A stretch of 64,000 nt of DNA from Spirochaetia bacterium (lineage in GTDB: Bacteria > Spirochaetota > Spirochaetia > CAKZLE01). The position numbers were made by a program, and so were the translations under genes. Location: positions 1,504,001 to 1,568,000 of the forward strand of contig OY782041.1 in the NCBI GenBank assembly GCA_963677595.1, read 5' to 3'. Under the pieces are notes generated by a model. The model worked only from the letters and a program-made list of their open reading frames with translations, did no database searches and was not told the DNA's origin. This document shows, in pieces, positions 31,109 through 39,932 of the stretch. How positions within the stretch are numbered: the stretch's first letter is position 1; every line of letters begins with the position of its first letter.

Positions 31109-32602
31109 TTGGCTGCACGATCACTCATGATACAGGGGACATCCTCCAATGTCGGGAAGAGCCTGCTGGTAACGGCCCTCTGCCGGATCTACACCAGGCG
31201 GGGCTACGATGTCTCCCCCTTCAAGAGCCAGAACATGGCCCTGAACTCCTTCGCCACCCCGGACGGACTCGAGATCGGCAGGGCCCAGGCCATGCAGGCG
31301 ATCGCTGCCGGGAAAGAGGCCTCAGTCCTCTTCAACCCCATCCTGCTCAAACCGGAGAGCGACGGCTCCTCGCAGGTGGTCCTGATGGGTAAGCCGTGGA
31401 AGTCGCTGAAGGGCGGTGAGTATTATAAGGCAAAACCTGAACTCTGGCATGAGGTCACCGCGACGCTGGAGCGGCTGAAAAGAGAGAGCGAGCTCATCCT
31501 CGTCGAGGGGGCTGGCTCCCCGGCAGAGATCAACCTGAAGAAAGACGAGATCGTGAACATGCGGGTAGCCGATTACCTGCAGTCCCCGGTACTCCTCACA
31601 GCGGACATCGACCGGGGCGGGGTCTTCGCCTTCCTCTACGGGACGCTCCAGCTGCTCGAGCCCCATGAGCGGGACCTGGTCAAGGGGTTCCTCATCAACA
31701 AGTTCCGGGGGAACATCGATCTGCTGACTCCCGGGATCAGGATGCTCGATGAACTCACCGGGCACATCCCGACCGTGGGGGTCCTCCCCTACATCAAGGA
31801 CCTGCAGCTCGCCCAGGAGGATTCGGTCTTCCTCGATGAACAATCCACCTTCGGGGACGGCAGCTTCGACATCGCGGTGATCAGGCTCCCCCATATATCA
31901 AACTACGATGATTTCGATGCCCTCACCCTGGAAGAGAACATCAGGATACGGTTCGTGCAGTCAGTCCACGAACTCGGAAACCCGAAGGCCATCATCCTCC
32001 CCGGCTCGAAGACGACGATCGAGGACCTCATCTGGCTAAAGAGCACCGGGCTGGCACGGGAAGTCATCAGTGCTGCCAACCGCGGGGTCGCGGTCGCCGG
32101 CATCTGCGGCGGCTACCAGATGCTCGGGAAGGTCATCCATGACGATGAGGGAATCGAGGGTATCTCCGGGGACGTCACCGGGCTCGGCCTCCTTGATGCG
32201 GAGACGGAGATGCTCCCGATAAAGACGACCATCCAGACAACTGCCGTCCTGGAGGCGGAGAACCCCTTCGCCCCAACGGGTCCCGTTGAGGCTTCGGGCT
32301 ACCAGATCCATATGGGGACCACCCGACTTCACGGGAAGACCCAACCGCTCTTCAGGATCGCAGGCTCCGCTGATACCGACGGGGCATATGCCGAATCCCT
32401 CCCTGTCTGGGGGACCTACCTCCACGGGGTATTCGACACGCCCTCCTTCCGGAGGAGCTGGCTCAGGTCGATCGGCTGGGACTCGGGTATGAGGCCCGTC
32501 TCCCTCGCTGAGAAGCGCGAGGAGGAGCTGGAGCGGCTCGCTGACATCATCGAGGAGCACCTGGACATGAAGCTGCTCGACTCCATCATCGGGGTCTCCT
32601 GA
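31109..32602 (+). CDS. cobQ: Cobyric acid synthase
   Basis: MIQGTSSNVGKS, FKSQNMALNS, VEGAGSPAEINL, DIDRGG, GICGGYQMLG, GTYLHG; TTG start behind AAGGGG. Confidence 0.95.
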   Translation: MAARSLMIQGTSSNVGKSLLVTALCRIYTRRGYDVSPFKSQNMALNSFATPDGLEIGRAQAMQAIAAGKEASVLFNPILLKPESDGSSQVVLMGKPWKSLKGGEYYKAKPELWHEVTATLERLKRESELILVEGAGSPAEINLKKDEIVNMRVADYLQSPVLLTADIDRGGVFAFLYGTLQLLEPHERDLVKGFLINKFRGNIDLLTPGIRMLDELTGHIPTVGVLPYIKDLQLAQEDSVFLDEQSTFGDGSFDIAVIRLPHISNYDDFDALTLEENIRIRFVQSVHELGNPKAIILPGSKTTIEDLIWLKSTGLAREVISAANRGVAVAGICGGYQMLGKVIHDDEGIEGISGDVTGLGLLDAETEMLPIKTTIQTTAVLEAENPFAPTGPVEASGYQIHMGTTRLHGKTQPLFRIAGSADTDGAYAESLPVWGTYLHGVFDTPSFRRSWLRSIGWDSGMRPVSLAEKREEELERLADIIEEHLDMKLLDSIIGVS

Positions 32603-33537
32603 TGGCCGCGATCCTCATTGCCGTGGTGCTCGACCTCATCTTCAAGGATCCGCCCAACAGGCTCCACCCCACCGCATGGATGGGGAGCATGATCTCCCTG
32701 CTGCGGGGGAAGCACACCCCGGCAAATCCAGCACACGCCTTCCTGAAGGGGATGATGATCCCCCTCGTCACGGCATCGCTCTTCAGTGCGGCAGCCTGGG
32801 GCATCATCTACCTGGCCCGCCTTGCAGGCGCACCGGGATACCTGCTCACCGTGATTACCGGCTTCCTGCTCTACTTCACCATCACCTTCACCCGCCTCCT
32901 CCAGGTCGGCGGGGAGATCGGTAGTGAACTTTCCTCAGGGGACCTTGAGGCTGCGAGGAAGAGTCTCTCCTACCACCTGGTGAGTCGGGAGACGTCAGCC
33001 CTCTCAGGCAGTGAGGTCTGTGCGGCAACACTCGAGTCGCTCTCTGAGAACCTCACCGACGGCCTGAGTGCACCGATTCTCATGTTCATGATCTTCGGGC
33101 TGCCCGGGGCTGTCGTCTACCGGGTCTTCAACACCTGCGATGCCATGCTCGGCTACCGCACGGAGGAGCTGGAATGGCTCGGGAAGTTCTCCGCCCGGGT
33201 CGATGATCTACTCAACTATATACCGGCACGGATCACGGCACTCTTCATCCTCCTAGCGGGGATCGTGCAGGTCGGCCCCCACCGGGGGCTGCACGTCATG
33301 CTCGGTGACCACCGGAAGACTGAGAGCCCGAATGCCGGCTGGACCATGGCAGCCCTTGCCGGCGTGCTTGGCGTACGACTGGAGAAGATCGGCTGCTACG
33401 TCCTCAACCCGGCAGGAAAGAACCCGGAGACAGCACTTCTGGTTCAAGGGATCTCCATCTGCAGGAAGGGCGGGTACCTCTTCATCATCGGCATGGTCAT
33501 ACTACTTCAGGGGGCAGGCTTTGGCTTATCGCTGTAA
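32602..33537 (+). CDS. cbiB: Adenosylcobinamide-phosphate synthase
   Basis: HPTAWMG, LVSRET, ESLSENLTDG, NTCDAMLGY, ARVDDLLNYIPAR, SPNAGW. Confidence 0.93.
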   Translation: MAAILIAVVLDLIFKDPPNRLHPTAWMGSMISLLRGKHTPANPAHAFLKGMMIPLVTASLFSAAAWGIIYLARLAGAPGYLLTVITGFLLYFTITFTRLLQVGGEIGSELSSGDLEAARKSLSYHLVSRETSALSGSEVCAATLESLSENLTDGLSAPILMFMIFGLPGAVVYRVFNTCDAMLGYRTEELEWLGKFSARVDDLLNYIPARITALFILLAGIVQVGPHRGLHVMLGDHRKTESPNAGWTMAALAGVLGVRLEKIGCYVLNPAGKNPETALLVQGISICRKGGYLFIIGMVILLQGAGFGLSL

Positions 33538-34606
33538 CCGCTCCCTGCGGCTGCCGGGACGTGTCTACCACGGGGGGACCCTGCATGGGACCCTCGATTT
33601 CTCCGTCTCGCTGAACCCCTATCCCCTCCCGGAGCCAATCGTGGAAGCCATAGGGGGGAGCGACCCCATTAATTACCCTGACCAGGATGGTTCAGCTCTG
33701 AAGTCGAAGCTCTCGACCCATCTCGGGATGCCGGAGCAGGAGCTTCTCATCGTGAACGGAATCAGCCAGGGGATCTTCCTCATCTCCATGCTGTTCATCG
33801 AGCCGGACGACCCGGTACTCATCCTCGGTCCCACCTACGGAGAGTACGAGAAGAACTCCCTGATCTTTGGCGGGAGGATCCACAGGCGGGATGCCCTCCC
33901 TCCAGGGGGCTTCTCCCATGAGATCCCCCTGGTCCTTGGGGATATCGAGGCCCTCAAGCCCAAGCTCGTCTGGCTCTGCAGCCCGAACAACCCGACAGGC
34001 AGGCTGTTCGCCCGAGGCCAGCTCGAGGCGATCGCCCAAGCATGTGAAGCCGCAGGCAGCCTGCTGGTCATTGATGAGGCCTACCTCATGATGACCGATG
34101 ACCCCGCTGAACACCACTTCTCCCACCCGTCGGCACTCATCATGCATTCCCTGACCAAGGACTTCTCCTTGGCAGGGCTCCGTATCGGGTATATCGCGGG
34201 GAATGAGCAGATCATCGCCGGGCTCAAGGCCCTGCAGCCGGCCTGGAGCATGAACAGCCCGGCACTTGCGGCAGCGGCTGCCGCACTTGACCATATAGCC
34301 CTCTATGAGGGGCAGTGGGCTTCACTGCGGCACGAGACTCAGGAACTGGTTGGCAACCTCCATGCCATCGGGATAGAGACTATCCCGACGGATTGTAATA
34401 TCATACTGGCAAGGAAGCGGCCCTCCAGGGGTGGCGGTACGATAGACTCTTCGCTCCTTGCCGAGCGGCTCCTCAGTATGGGAGTCGTCGTCAGGGACTG
34501 CACCTCGTTCGGGCTTCCTGACTTCATCAGGATCGGGACACGCAGGGCTGAAGAGAACAGGACCCTGCTGGAAGCATTGGGAAAGGAGACGTTATGGGAG
34601 CTGTGA
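33521..34606 (+). CDS. cobD: Threonine-phosphate decarboxylase (PLP, class I/II aminotransferase fold)
   Basis: HGG, LDFSVSLNP, CSPNNPTG, IDEAY, SLTKDFSLAGLRIGY, VRDCTSF; probable TTG start at 33521. Confidence 0.88.
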   Translation: MAYRCNRSLRLPGRVYHGGTLHGTLDFSVSLNPYPLPEPIVEAIGGSDPINYPDQDGSALKSKLSTHLGMPEQELLIVNGISQGIFLISMLFIEPDDPVLILGPTYGEYEKNSLIFGGRIHRRDALPPGGFSHEIPLVLGDIEALKPKLVWLCSPNNPTGRLFARGQLEAIAQACEAAGSLLVIDEAYLMMTDDPAEHHFSHPSALIMHSLTKDFSLAGLRIGYIAGNEQIIAGLKALQPAWSMNSPALAAAAAALDHIALYEGQWASLRHETQELVGNLHAIGIETIPTDCNIILARKRPSRGGGTIDSSLLAERLLSMGVVVRDCTSFGLPDFIRIGTRRAEENRTLLEALGKETLWEL

Positions 34607-35148
34607 CCCTCATCCTCGGGGGAATCAAGACAGGGAAGACGACCTTCGCGCAGTCATCTGCACAGGCAATACAGGATGCGAACCCCGGTTCGCAGGTCCT
34701 CTATATAGCGACCGCACGGGTACTCGATGACGAGATGGAACTGCGGGTGAAGCGGCACCGGGCAGACCGGCCTGCCGAATGGAAGACCTGGGAACGGGAC
34801 AGGGACCTGCACGAGGGTCTCCAGGAGGAGTCAGTCGGGTGCAGTGCCGTCATCCTCGACTGCCTGACCATGCTCATGACCAACATCGTGCTGGACCAGG
34901 GAGAGGAGTTCGACCGGGAAGCCGTACAGCCGGTCGTGGAACAGGAGATCGGCGCACTCATCTCGGCCTGCCGCAAGATCGACGGGGAGGTCTTCATCAT
35001 ATCGAACCAGGTCGAGACCGGCCTGGTCAGCCCCACGGTCCTGGGGAGACTCTTCCAGGACTTGAGCGGGATTCTTCACCAGTATATCGCCCGGCATGCC
35101 GAACATGTCTATCTCATGACTGCGGGTATACCGCAGAAGATCAAATAA
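34594..35148 (+). CDS. cobU: Adenosylcobinamide kinase / cobinamide-phosphate guanylyltransferase
   Basis: GGIKTGKT, YIATA, DDEM..R..RH...R, LDCLT, SNQVxxG. Confidence 0.92.
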   Translation: MGAVTLILGGIKTGKTTFAQSSAQAIQDANPGSQVLYIATARVLDDEMELRVKRHRADRPAEWKTWERDRDLHEGLQEESVGCSAVILDCLTMLMTNIVLDQGEEFDREAVQPVVEQEIGALISACRKIDGEVFIISNQVETGLVSPTVLGRLFQDLSGILHQYIARHAEHVYLMTAGIPQKIK

Positions 35149-35167
35149 GCGTAAGGAGTGAACACCT

Positions 35168-36202
35168 ATGAACCTACTGACACAGACACGTGCATCCATC
35201 GAGCCGGTCGACCGGCAAGTCGCGAGGGCCATGCGGGAGAAACAGGATTCCCTGGCAAAACCGGTCGGGTCCCTTGGCCGGCTCGAGGAACTCGCGATCA
35301 TCATCGCCTCTTCCCAACGAACCATGACCCCTGCCTGCAGGGATAAGTGGATCACCATCTTCGCCGCTGACCACGGGATCGCCACGGAGGGCGTCACCAA
35401 CGCCCCGCAGATCGTGACAGCGCTGCAGACGATGAACTTCATCGCCGGGGGTGCCGGGATCAATGCCATCACCAGGGCTGAGGGGGTCAGCATATCGGTC
35501 ACCGATGCCGGGATCGCATGCGACTACAATCCCGAAGGCATCAGGCAGTGCTCACTCGGCAGGGGGACAGCCAACATCGCCGAAGGCCCTGCCATGACGC
35601 GGGAGCAGGCGATCGCTTCCCTCGAAGTCGGCATCGAGGCAGTGAATGAGATCAAGGAACTCGACATCCTGGGGACCGGTGAGATGGGCCTCGGGAATAC
35701 CAGCGCCTCGACCGCGATCCTCGCGACCCTGCTCGACCTCGATGTGGACTCGATCACCGGCATCGGCTCGGGGATCAGCGACGAGGCCAGAGTACGGAAG
35801 ACCGAACTGATCAGAAAGGCCCTGGATGTGAACTCCCCCGACCCCTCCGATCCTATCGATGTACTTGCCAAGGTAGGCGGGTTCGAGATCGGCGCTATCG
35901 CGGGGGCCATGCTGGCTGCCGCAGCCAGGCACGTACCCGTCGTCATCGACGGGTTCATCTCTTCTGCCGCGGCTCAGATCGCCATCTCACTCTGCCCTGA
36001 GATCAGGGAGTATATGATCCTCTCCCACCAGTCTGCCGAGAAGGGGCATGACCTCATCTCTGAGAAGATGGGACTCAAGCCGCTGTTCGACCTGGGGATG
36101 CGTCTCGGGGAGGGGACCGGTGCGGCTATCGCGATCAACCTCTGCGAGGCTGCGGTCCATGTGGCGAACGAGATGGTCACCCTCGCATCGCTCGCACCCT
36201 AG
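35168..36202 (+). CDS. cobT: Nicotinate-nucleotide-dimethylbenzimidazole phosphoribosyltransferase
   Basis: KPVGSLGRLEE, FAADHG, GEMGLGNT, GGFEIG, DGFI, MRLGEGTGA. Confidence 0.95.
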   Translation: MNLLTQTRASIEPVDRQVARAMREKQDSLAKPVGSLGRLEELAIIIASSQRTMTPACRDKWITIFAADHGIATEGVTNAPQIVTALQTMNFIAGGAGINAITRAEGVSISVTDAGIACDYNPEGIRQCSLGRGTANIAEGPAMTREQAIASLEVGIEAVNEIKELDILGTGEMGLGNTSASTAILATLLDLDVDSITGIGSGISDEARVRKTELIRKALDVNSPDPSDPIDVLAKVGGFEIGAIAGAMLAAAARHVPVVIDGFISSAAAQIAISLCPEIREYMILSHQSAEKGHDLISEKMGLKPLFDLGMRLGEGTGAAIAINLCEAAVHVANEMVTLASLAP

Positions 36203-36211
36203 GAGAACGAG

Positions 36212-36952
36212 ATGAAGCTGCTGTATGCCCTCCGGTTCATGACGATACTTCCCATACCCTACCGGCAGGATGAGGACCTTGACCGGGTCGCCCGCTCCGC
36301 CGTCTGGTTCCCCTTCGTGGGACTCATCATCGGGGCCATCCTCTACGGTGCTGCTGCGGGGCTGGTCCATCTTGGCCTGCCCTCACTCGCGCCGACGGTG
36401 ACCGCGATCCTGTGGATCATCCTCACCGGGGGACTCCACCTCGACGGCTTGGCAGACACGGCTGACGGGCTCGGCGGGGGACGGGACAGGGAGAGACGAC
36501 TCGAGATCATGAAGGACAGCAGGATCGGCTCCTTCGGGGCCCTCACCCTGCTGGGACAGACCCTCCTGAAGATCGCCTGTATCGCGGCGCTCATCGACGT
36601 GGGACTGCTGCAGCTGCTCATCATCGCACCGGTCGCGGGGCGGCTCGTGATCCTCTACCACTTCAGGATGTTCCCCTCAGCCCGCCCCGGCGGGATGGGG
36701 GAGTTCTTCCGGAGCCGTGGAAGCTGGGCCGAACCGGTCATCGGGACGCTCTATTCCCTTGTCGCAGTCTGGTACGTCGCCTCCATCCCGGGGCTTGCAT
36801 CCCTCCTGCTGCTCATGGGGATCATGAGTTTAGTCGCCGTGTTCCTCTCAAAACGACTCGGGGGACTGACCGGGGACTGCTACGGTGCGACGATCGAACT
36901 GGGGGAGACGGTCCTGCTCCTCCTGCTGATCCTACAGGAGGCAATCCTATGA
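36212..36952 (+). CDS. cobS: Cobalamin synthase
   Basis: TGGLHLDGLADTADG, IMKDSRIGSFG, GGLTGDCYGA. Confidence 0.95.
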   Translation: MKLLYALRFMTILPIPYRQDEDLDRVARSAVWFPFVGLIIGAILYGAAAGLVHLGLPSLAPTVTAILWIILTGGLHLDGLADTADGLGGGRDRERRLEIMKDSRIGSFGALTLLGQTLLKIACIAALIDVGLLQLLIIAPVAGRLVILYHFRMFPSARPGGMGEFFRSRGSWAEPVIGTLYSLVAVWYVASIPGLASLLLLMGIMSLVAVFLSKRLGGLTGDCYGATIELGETVLLLLLILQEAIL

Positions 36953-37548
36953 TGAGAGTGATACTGCTGCGCCATGCACAATGCGAGGGGAAGGGGTACG
37001 TCGGAAAGAGAACGGATGTACCGTTGACCCCGGAAGGGACTGATCGGGCTTCCGAGATCGCGAAGGAGCTGGAACCCATCTCCTTCGACAAGGTATTCTC
37101 CAGCACGATGACCCGCTGCAGGGAGACGATCGACCCCTTTACCGACGCACATCCCGAAATCCCGGTAGTCTATGATGAGCGGCTGGCTGAACTCGATTTC
37201 GGGCTCTTCGACGGCCTCTCCTTCGATGAGATCAGAGCACGGTTCCCCGCAAAACAGCAGGCCTGGTTCGATGACCTCCTCCATGGAGCCCCGCCTGAGG
37301 GGGAGAGTCTGTTGAGTCTCCACGAGCGGGTCGGGTCCTTCCTCCAGGAGATCATGCACCCTGAACCTGACTCCACCATCCTCATATGTGCCCACGGCGG
37401 CTCCCTGCGCGCTGTCATCTGTGTACTGCTCAGTCTGGGGGTCATCGGCCACTGGTCCTTTCAGATAGACAGGGGAAACTACTCGGAGATACATATGCAT
37501 GACTTATTTAATACGGTATTACACAGTTTAAACACTAAATCCACATAA
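36949..37548 (+). CDS. cobC: Alpha-ribazole phosphatase (histidine phosphatase)
   Basis: LRHA, ELDFGxFDG, PPEGES, AHGG; ATGA-coupled to cobS. Confidence 0.85.
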   Translation: MMRVILLRHAQCEGKGYVGKRTDVPLTPEGTDRASEIAKELEPISFDKVFSSTMTRCRETIDPFTDAHPEIPVVYDERLAELDFGLFDGLSFDEIRARFPAKQQAWFDDLLHGAPPEGESLLSLHERVGSFLQEIMHPEPDSTILICAHGGSLRAVICVLLSLGVIGHWSFQIDRGNYSEIHMHDLFNTVLHSLNTKST

Positions 37549-37639
37549 AAGCCTTGTAAAATCCCCTGTATCGCGATACTCTATAAGAGGCACCTTGCTA
37601 CACACTTAAAGTATTAGCGAAAAAAGTTGGGAGAAATGT

Positions 37640-39190
37640 ATGAAAAAGTCTATGGTATTCATGGCAGTAGTCTTGTTCGTATTGACCGGCCTGTTCACGT
37701 CCTGTCAATTCGTCACCAATGATTCGGACCTTCCCGAGAACAATCTCACGGATCTCTCAGGGAAAGCCTTGGACTTGGCGATCATCAACAACATCTTCCC
37801 GGAAGGGTTGGCGGATGACCTGGACGACCAGCTTGAAGAAGCGGGTGTGTCAAAGTCGAGGAACGGCTTCAGTACCTCGGAATACGTCAATGAAGACGGC
37901 TGGGGCACACCTGATGTAGAGTATGGTGAATCTTCCGGAGTAATCCGGATTCCTGCTGATGAAGAAGAATACCTGGTATCAGCAGACAATGACCCGACAG
38001 AGGGTGACCGATATTTTTTCATGGAGAAGATGAGTGAAACGGTCACGGTTGGTGAAGAAGAGATGAATGTCTACAAGATCACCTTCCATGTGATCAAACC
38101 GGAGACAAGTTCCCTTGAGAGGACCGAGACCGTCTACTATGTACCCGGGAACGACTGGTCTGACGACCACACCAGTGCCGAACTCACGACTTCAGGTTGG
38201 GAGACAGAGCGGGTCTATTACGATAACGGCAAGGTCGGTGACCGAACCATGATACAGAAGTGGGAAGATGATGAGGCCAAGGACTATTTCCTCGCTCCTG
38301 ACTACGGCCCCTTTGATGATGAGGAGGATGGGGTAGATGCAATCTTCACTATCGATACCGATGAACTCTACGGCGACAGCAGCCTGGATGAATTCTTCCA
38401 GGAGGATTACTGGAATCAGCTGCATAAGGACGGGACTGCCACCTACTCCTCCTTTGTACGGTCCCTGGTCTATGCTGATGAAGATGATATCGGGACACCC
38501 TCCGATGCCATATCGGAGCAGAACGACTACTATACCGAGGTCGGGGGCATCAAATACTTCCCTGAGATCCTCGATATGAATTCAAGTGACAGGGGAAGCA
38601 TCCGTGCAGGAATCACCTATTACATGAGGCCGAGCGATGAGGTTGCAGGAATCCTGCCGCTCGATATCGTGACTGCCGACAGCAAGTACTTCGACGATGA
38701 GGATCAGTTCCTCCTCTATGACGTAAAGTCATTCCAACATGCAGCTGAGTCCACCTACCAGTATGTGTATCACTATAAGAAGACCTACTTCGATGATGGG
38801 ACCCTCAAGTACGATGACACCTACAACTACTATGAGGAAAGCGATATTGACACGCTCAGGGCAGATGGTGAAGATTCCTATGATATGCAGATCGATGCAG
38901 CCTATACATATGATGGTGGATGGGTTGGGAACCTCGCTATCGCCGCAGAGGATACATCAGAGACCATCTTCCTCAGTGTACGAATGGTAGGCGGCTACCC
39001 CGTTTACAGCGCGCTGTTCAATGATGACGAATTTGACATCGAACCTGATGTTGATGGGAATGTCTACGTGGAGATGCCCGGCGGCGGTACACTCGAAGGC
39101 TCTATCGACGAGTACGGTACCTTCCATGGTGTCTACCGGGCTGCTGACGGTGAAGAAACCGTATGCGGTAACGGTCTCGAAGAAGAATAA
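37640..39190 (+). CDS. Acidic hypothetical lipoprotein
   Basis: Signal peptide ending LFTS-C; strongly D/E/Y-rich 516-aa ORF with its own terminator. Confidence 0.75.
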   Translation: MKKSMVFMAVVLFVLTGLFTSCQFVTNDSDLPENNLTDLSGKALDLAIINNIFPEGLADDLDDQLEEAGVSKSRNGFSTSEYVNEDGWGTPDVEYGESSGVIRIPADEEEYLVSADNDPTEGDRYFFMEKMSETVTVGEEEMNVYKITFHVIKPETSSLERTETVYYVPGNDWSDDHTSAELTTSGWETERVYYDNGKVGDRTMIQKWEDDEAKDYFLAPDYGPFDDEEDGVDAIFTIDTDELYGDSSLDEFFQEDYWNQLHKDGTATYSSFVRSLVYADEDDIGTPSDAISEQNDYYTEVGGIKYFPEILDMNSSDRGSIRAGITYYMRPSDEVAGILPLDIVTADSKYFDDEDQFLLYDVKSFQHAAESTYQYVYHYKKTYFDDGTLKYDDTYNYYEESDIDTLRADGEDSYDMQIDAAYTYDGGWVGNLAIAAEDTSETIFLSVRMVGGYPVYSALFNDDEFDIEPDVDGNVYVEMPGGGTLEGSIDEYGTFHGVYRAADGEETVCGNGLEEE

Positions 39191-39222
39191 GACTGATTAA
39201 TTCTCTTCATACCCTCCTATGC

Positions 39223-39255
39223 AAGCCTGTGCGACTCGATCGCACAGGCTTCTTC
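39223..39255 (+). terminator. Probable intrinsic terminator
   Basis: AAGCCTGTGCGA-N5-TCGCACAGGCTT 12-bp stem after the lipoprotein stop. Confidence 0.7.
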
Positions 39256-39290
39256 ATTGACAGAACAGCCTAAATCACCATAATGGACCT

Positions 39291-39857
39291 ATGGTGATCA
39301 TCCTTTTCCTGGGAAACCCAGGCAGACAGTACCTTGAGAGTCGTCATAACGTTGGGTGGAGGGTCTGTGATGCCGTGACCTCGCACCTCTCCCCTGCCTG
39401 GAAGACGAAGTTCCATGCGGAGTATGCGGAAGCCTTCTTTTCCGGGGCTGGGAAAGCCATCCTCTGCAGGCCGCAGACCTTCATGAACCGCAGCGGCATC
39501 ACCGCCAGGGAGATCGTGAGCTTCTACAAGGCAGACTGCAGTTCCCTCATCGTCGTCCATGACGACCTGGAGACTCCCTTCGGTACGGTGACCTTCCAGC
39601 ACGACGGGGGCCTTGGGGGCCATAACGGGCTGAAGTCGATCAAGGGGGAGCTGGGAAGGCAGGATTTCTTCCGCCTGAAGGTCGGTATCGGCAGGCCTGC
39701 GCGGCAGTCGGTATCCTCCTACGTCCTGGGGCAGTTCACGCCTGATGAGGAGATATCGCTCAATTACATCATCGAGACGGCTGCTGGTATGCTGGAATCT
39801 GCGCTTTCCGCAGCTGAACTCCCGAACCAGAAGGTTACAAAGACCGTTAGTCTGTAA
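39291..39857 (+). CDS. pth: Peptidyl-tRNA hydrolase
   Basis: LGNPG, RHNVG, PQTFMNRSG, VHDDL, GGHNGLKSI, GIGRP. Confidence 0.95.
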   Translation: MVIILFLGNPGRQYLESRHNVGWRVCDAVTSHLSPAWKTKFHAEYAEAFFSGAGKAILCRPQTFMNRSGITAREIVSFYKADCSSLIVVHDDLETPFGTVTFQHDGGLGGHNGLKSIKGELGRQDFFRLKVGIGRPARQSVSSYVLGQFTPDEEISLNYIIETAAGMLESALSAAELPNQKVTKTVSL

Positions 39858-39932
39858 TATACTTGACCATATATATACAACCCAGTTTTTCATGCGCTAT
39901 ACTTTTAAGATAACACATAACCGGGAGGGGAC

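Noticed and set aside
33305-33520. N-terminal extension of cobD (and similar long upstream extensions on aroF, the GT4 gene, cbiF, cobQ and the YkgJ gene)
   Set aside because: These overlap neighbouring genes or promoters and lack family features; downstream starts fit better.
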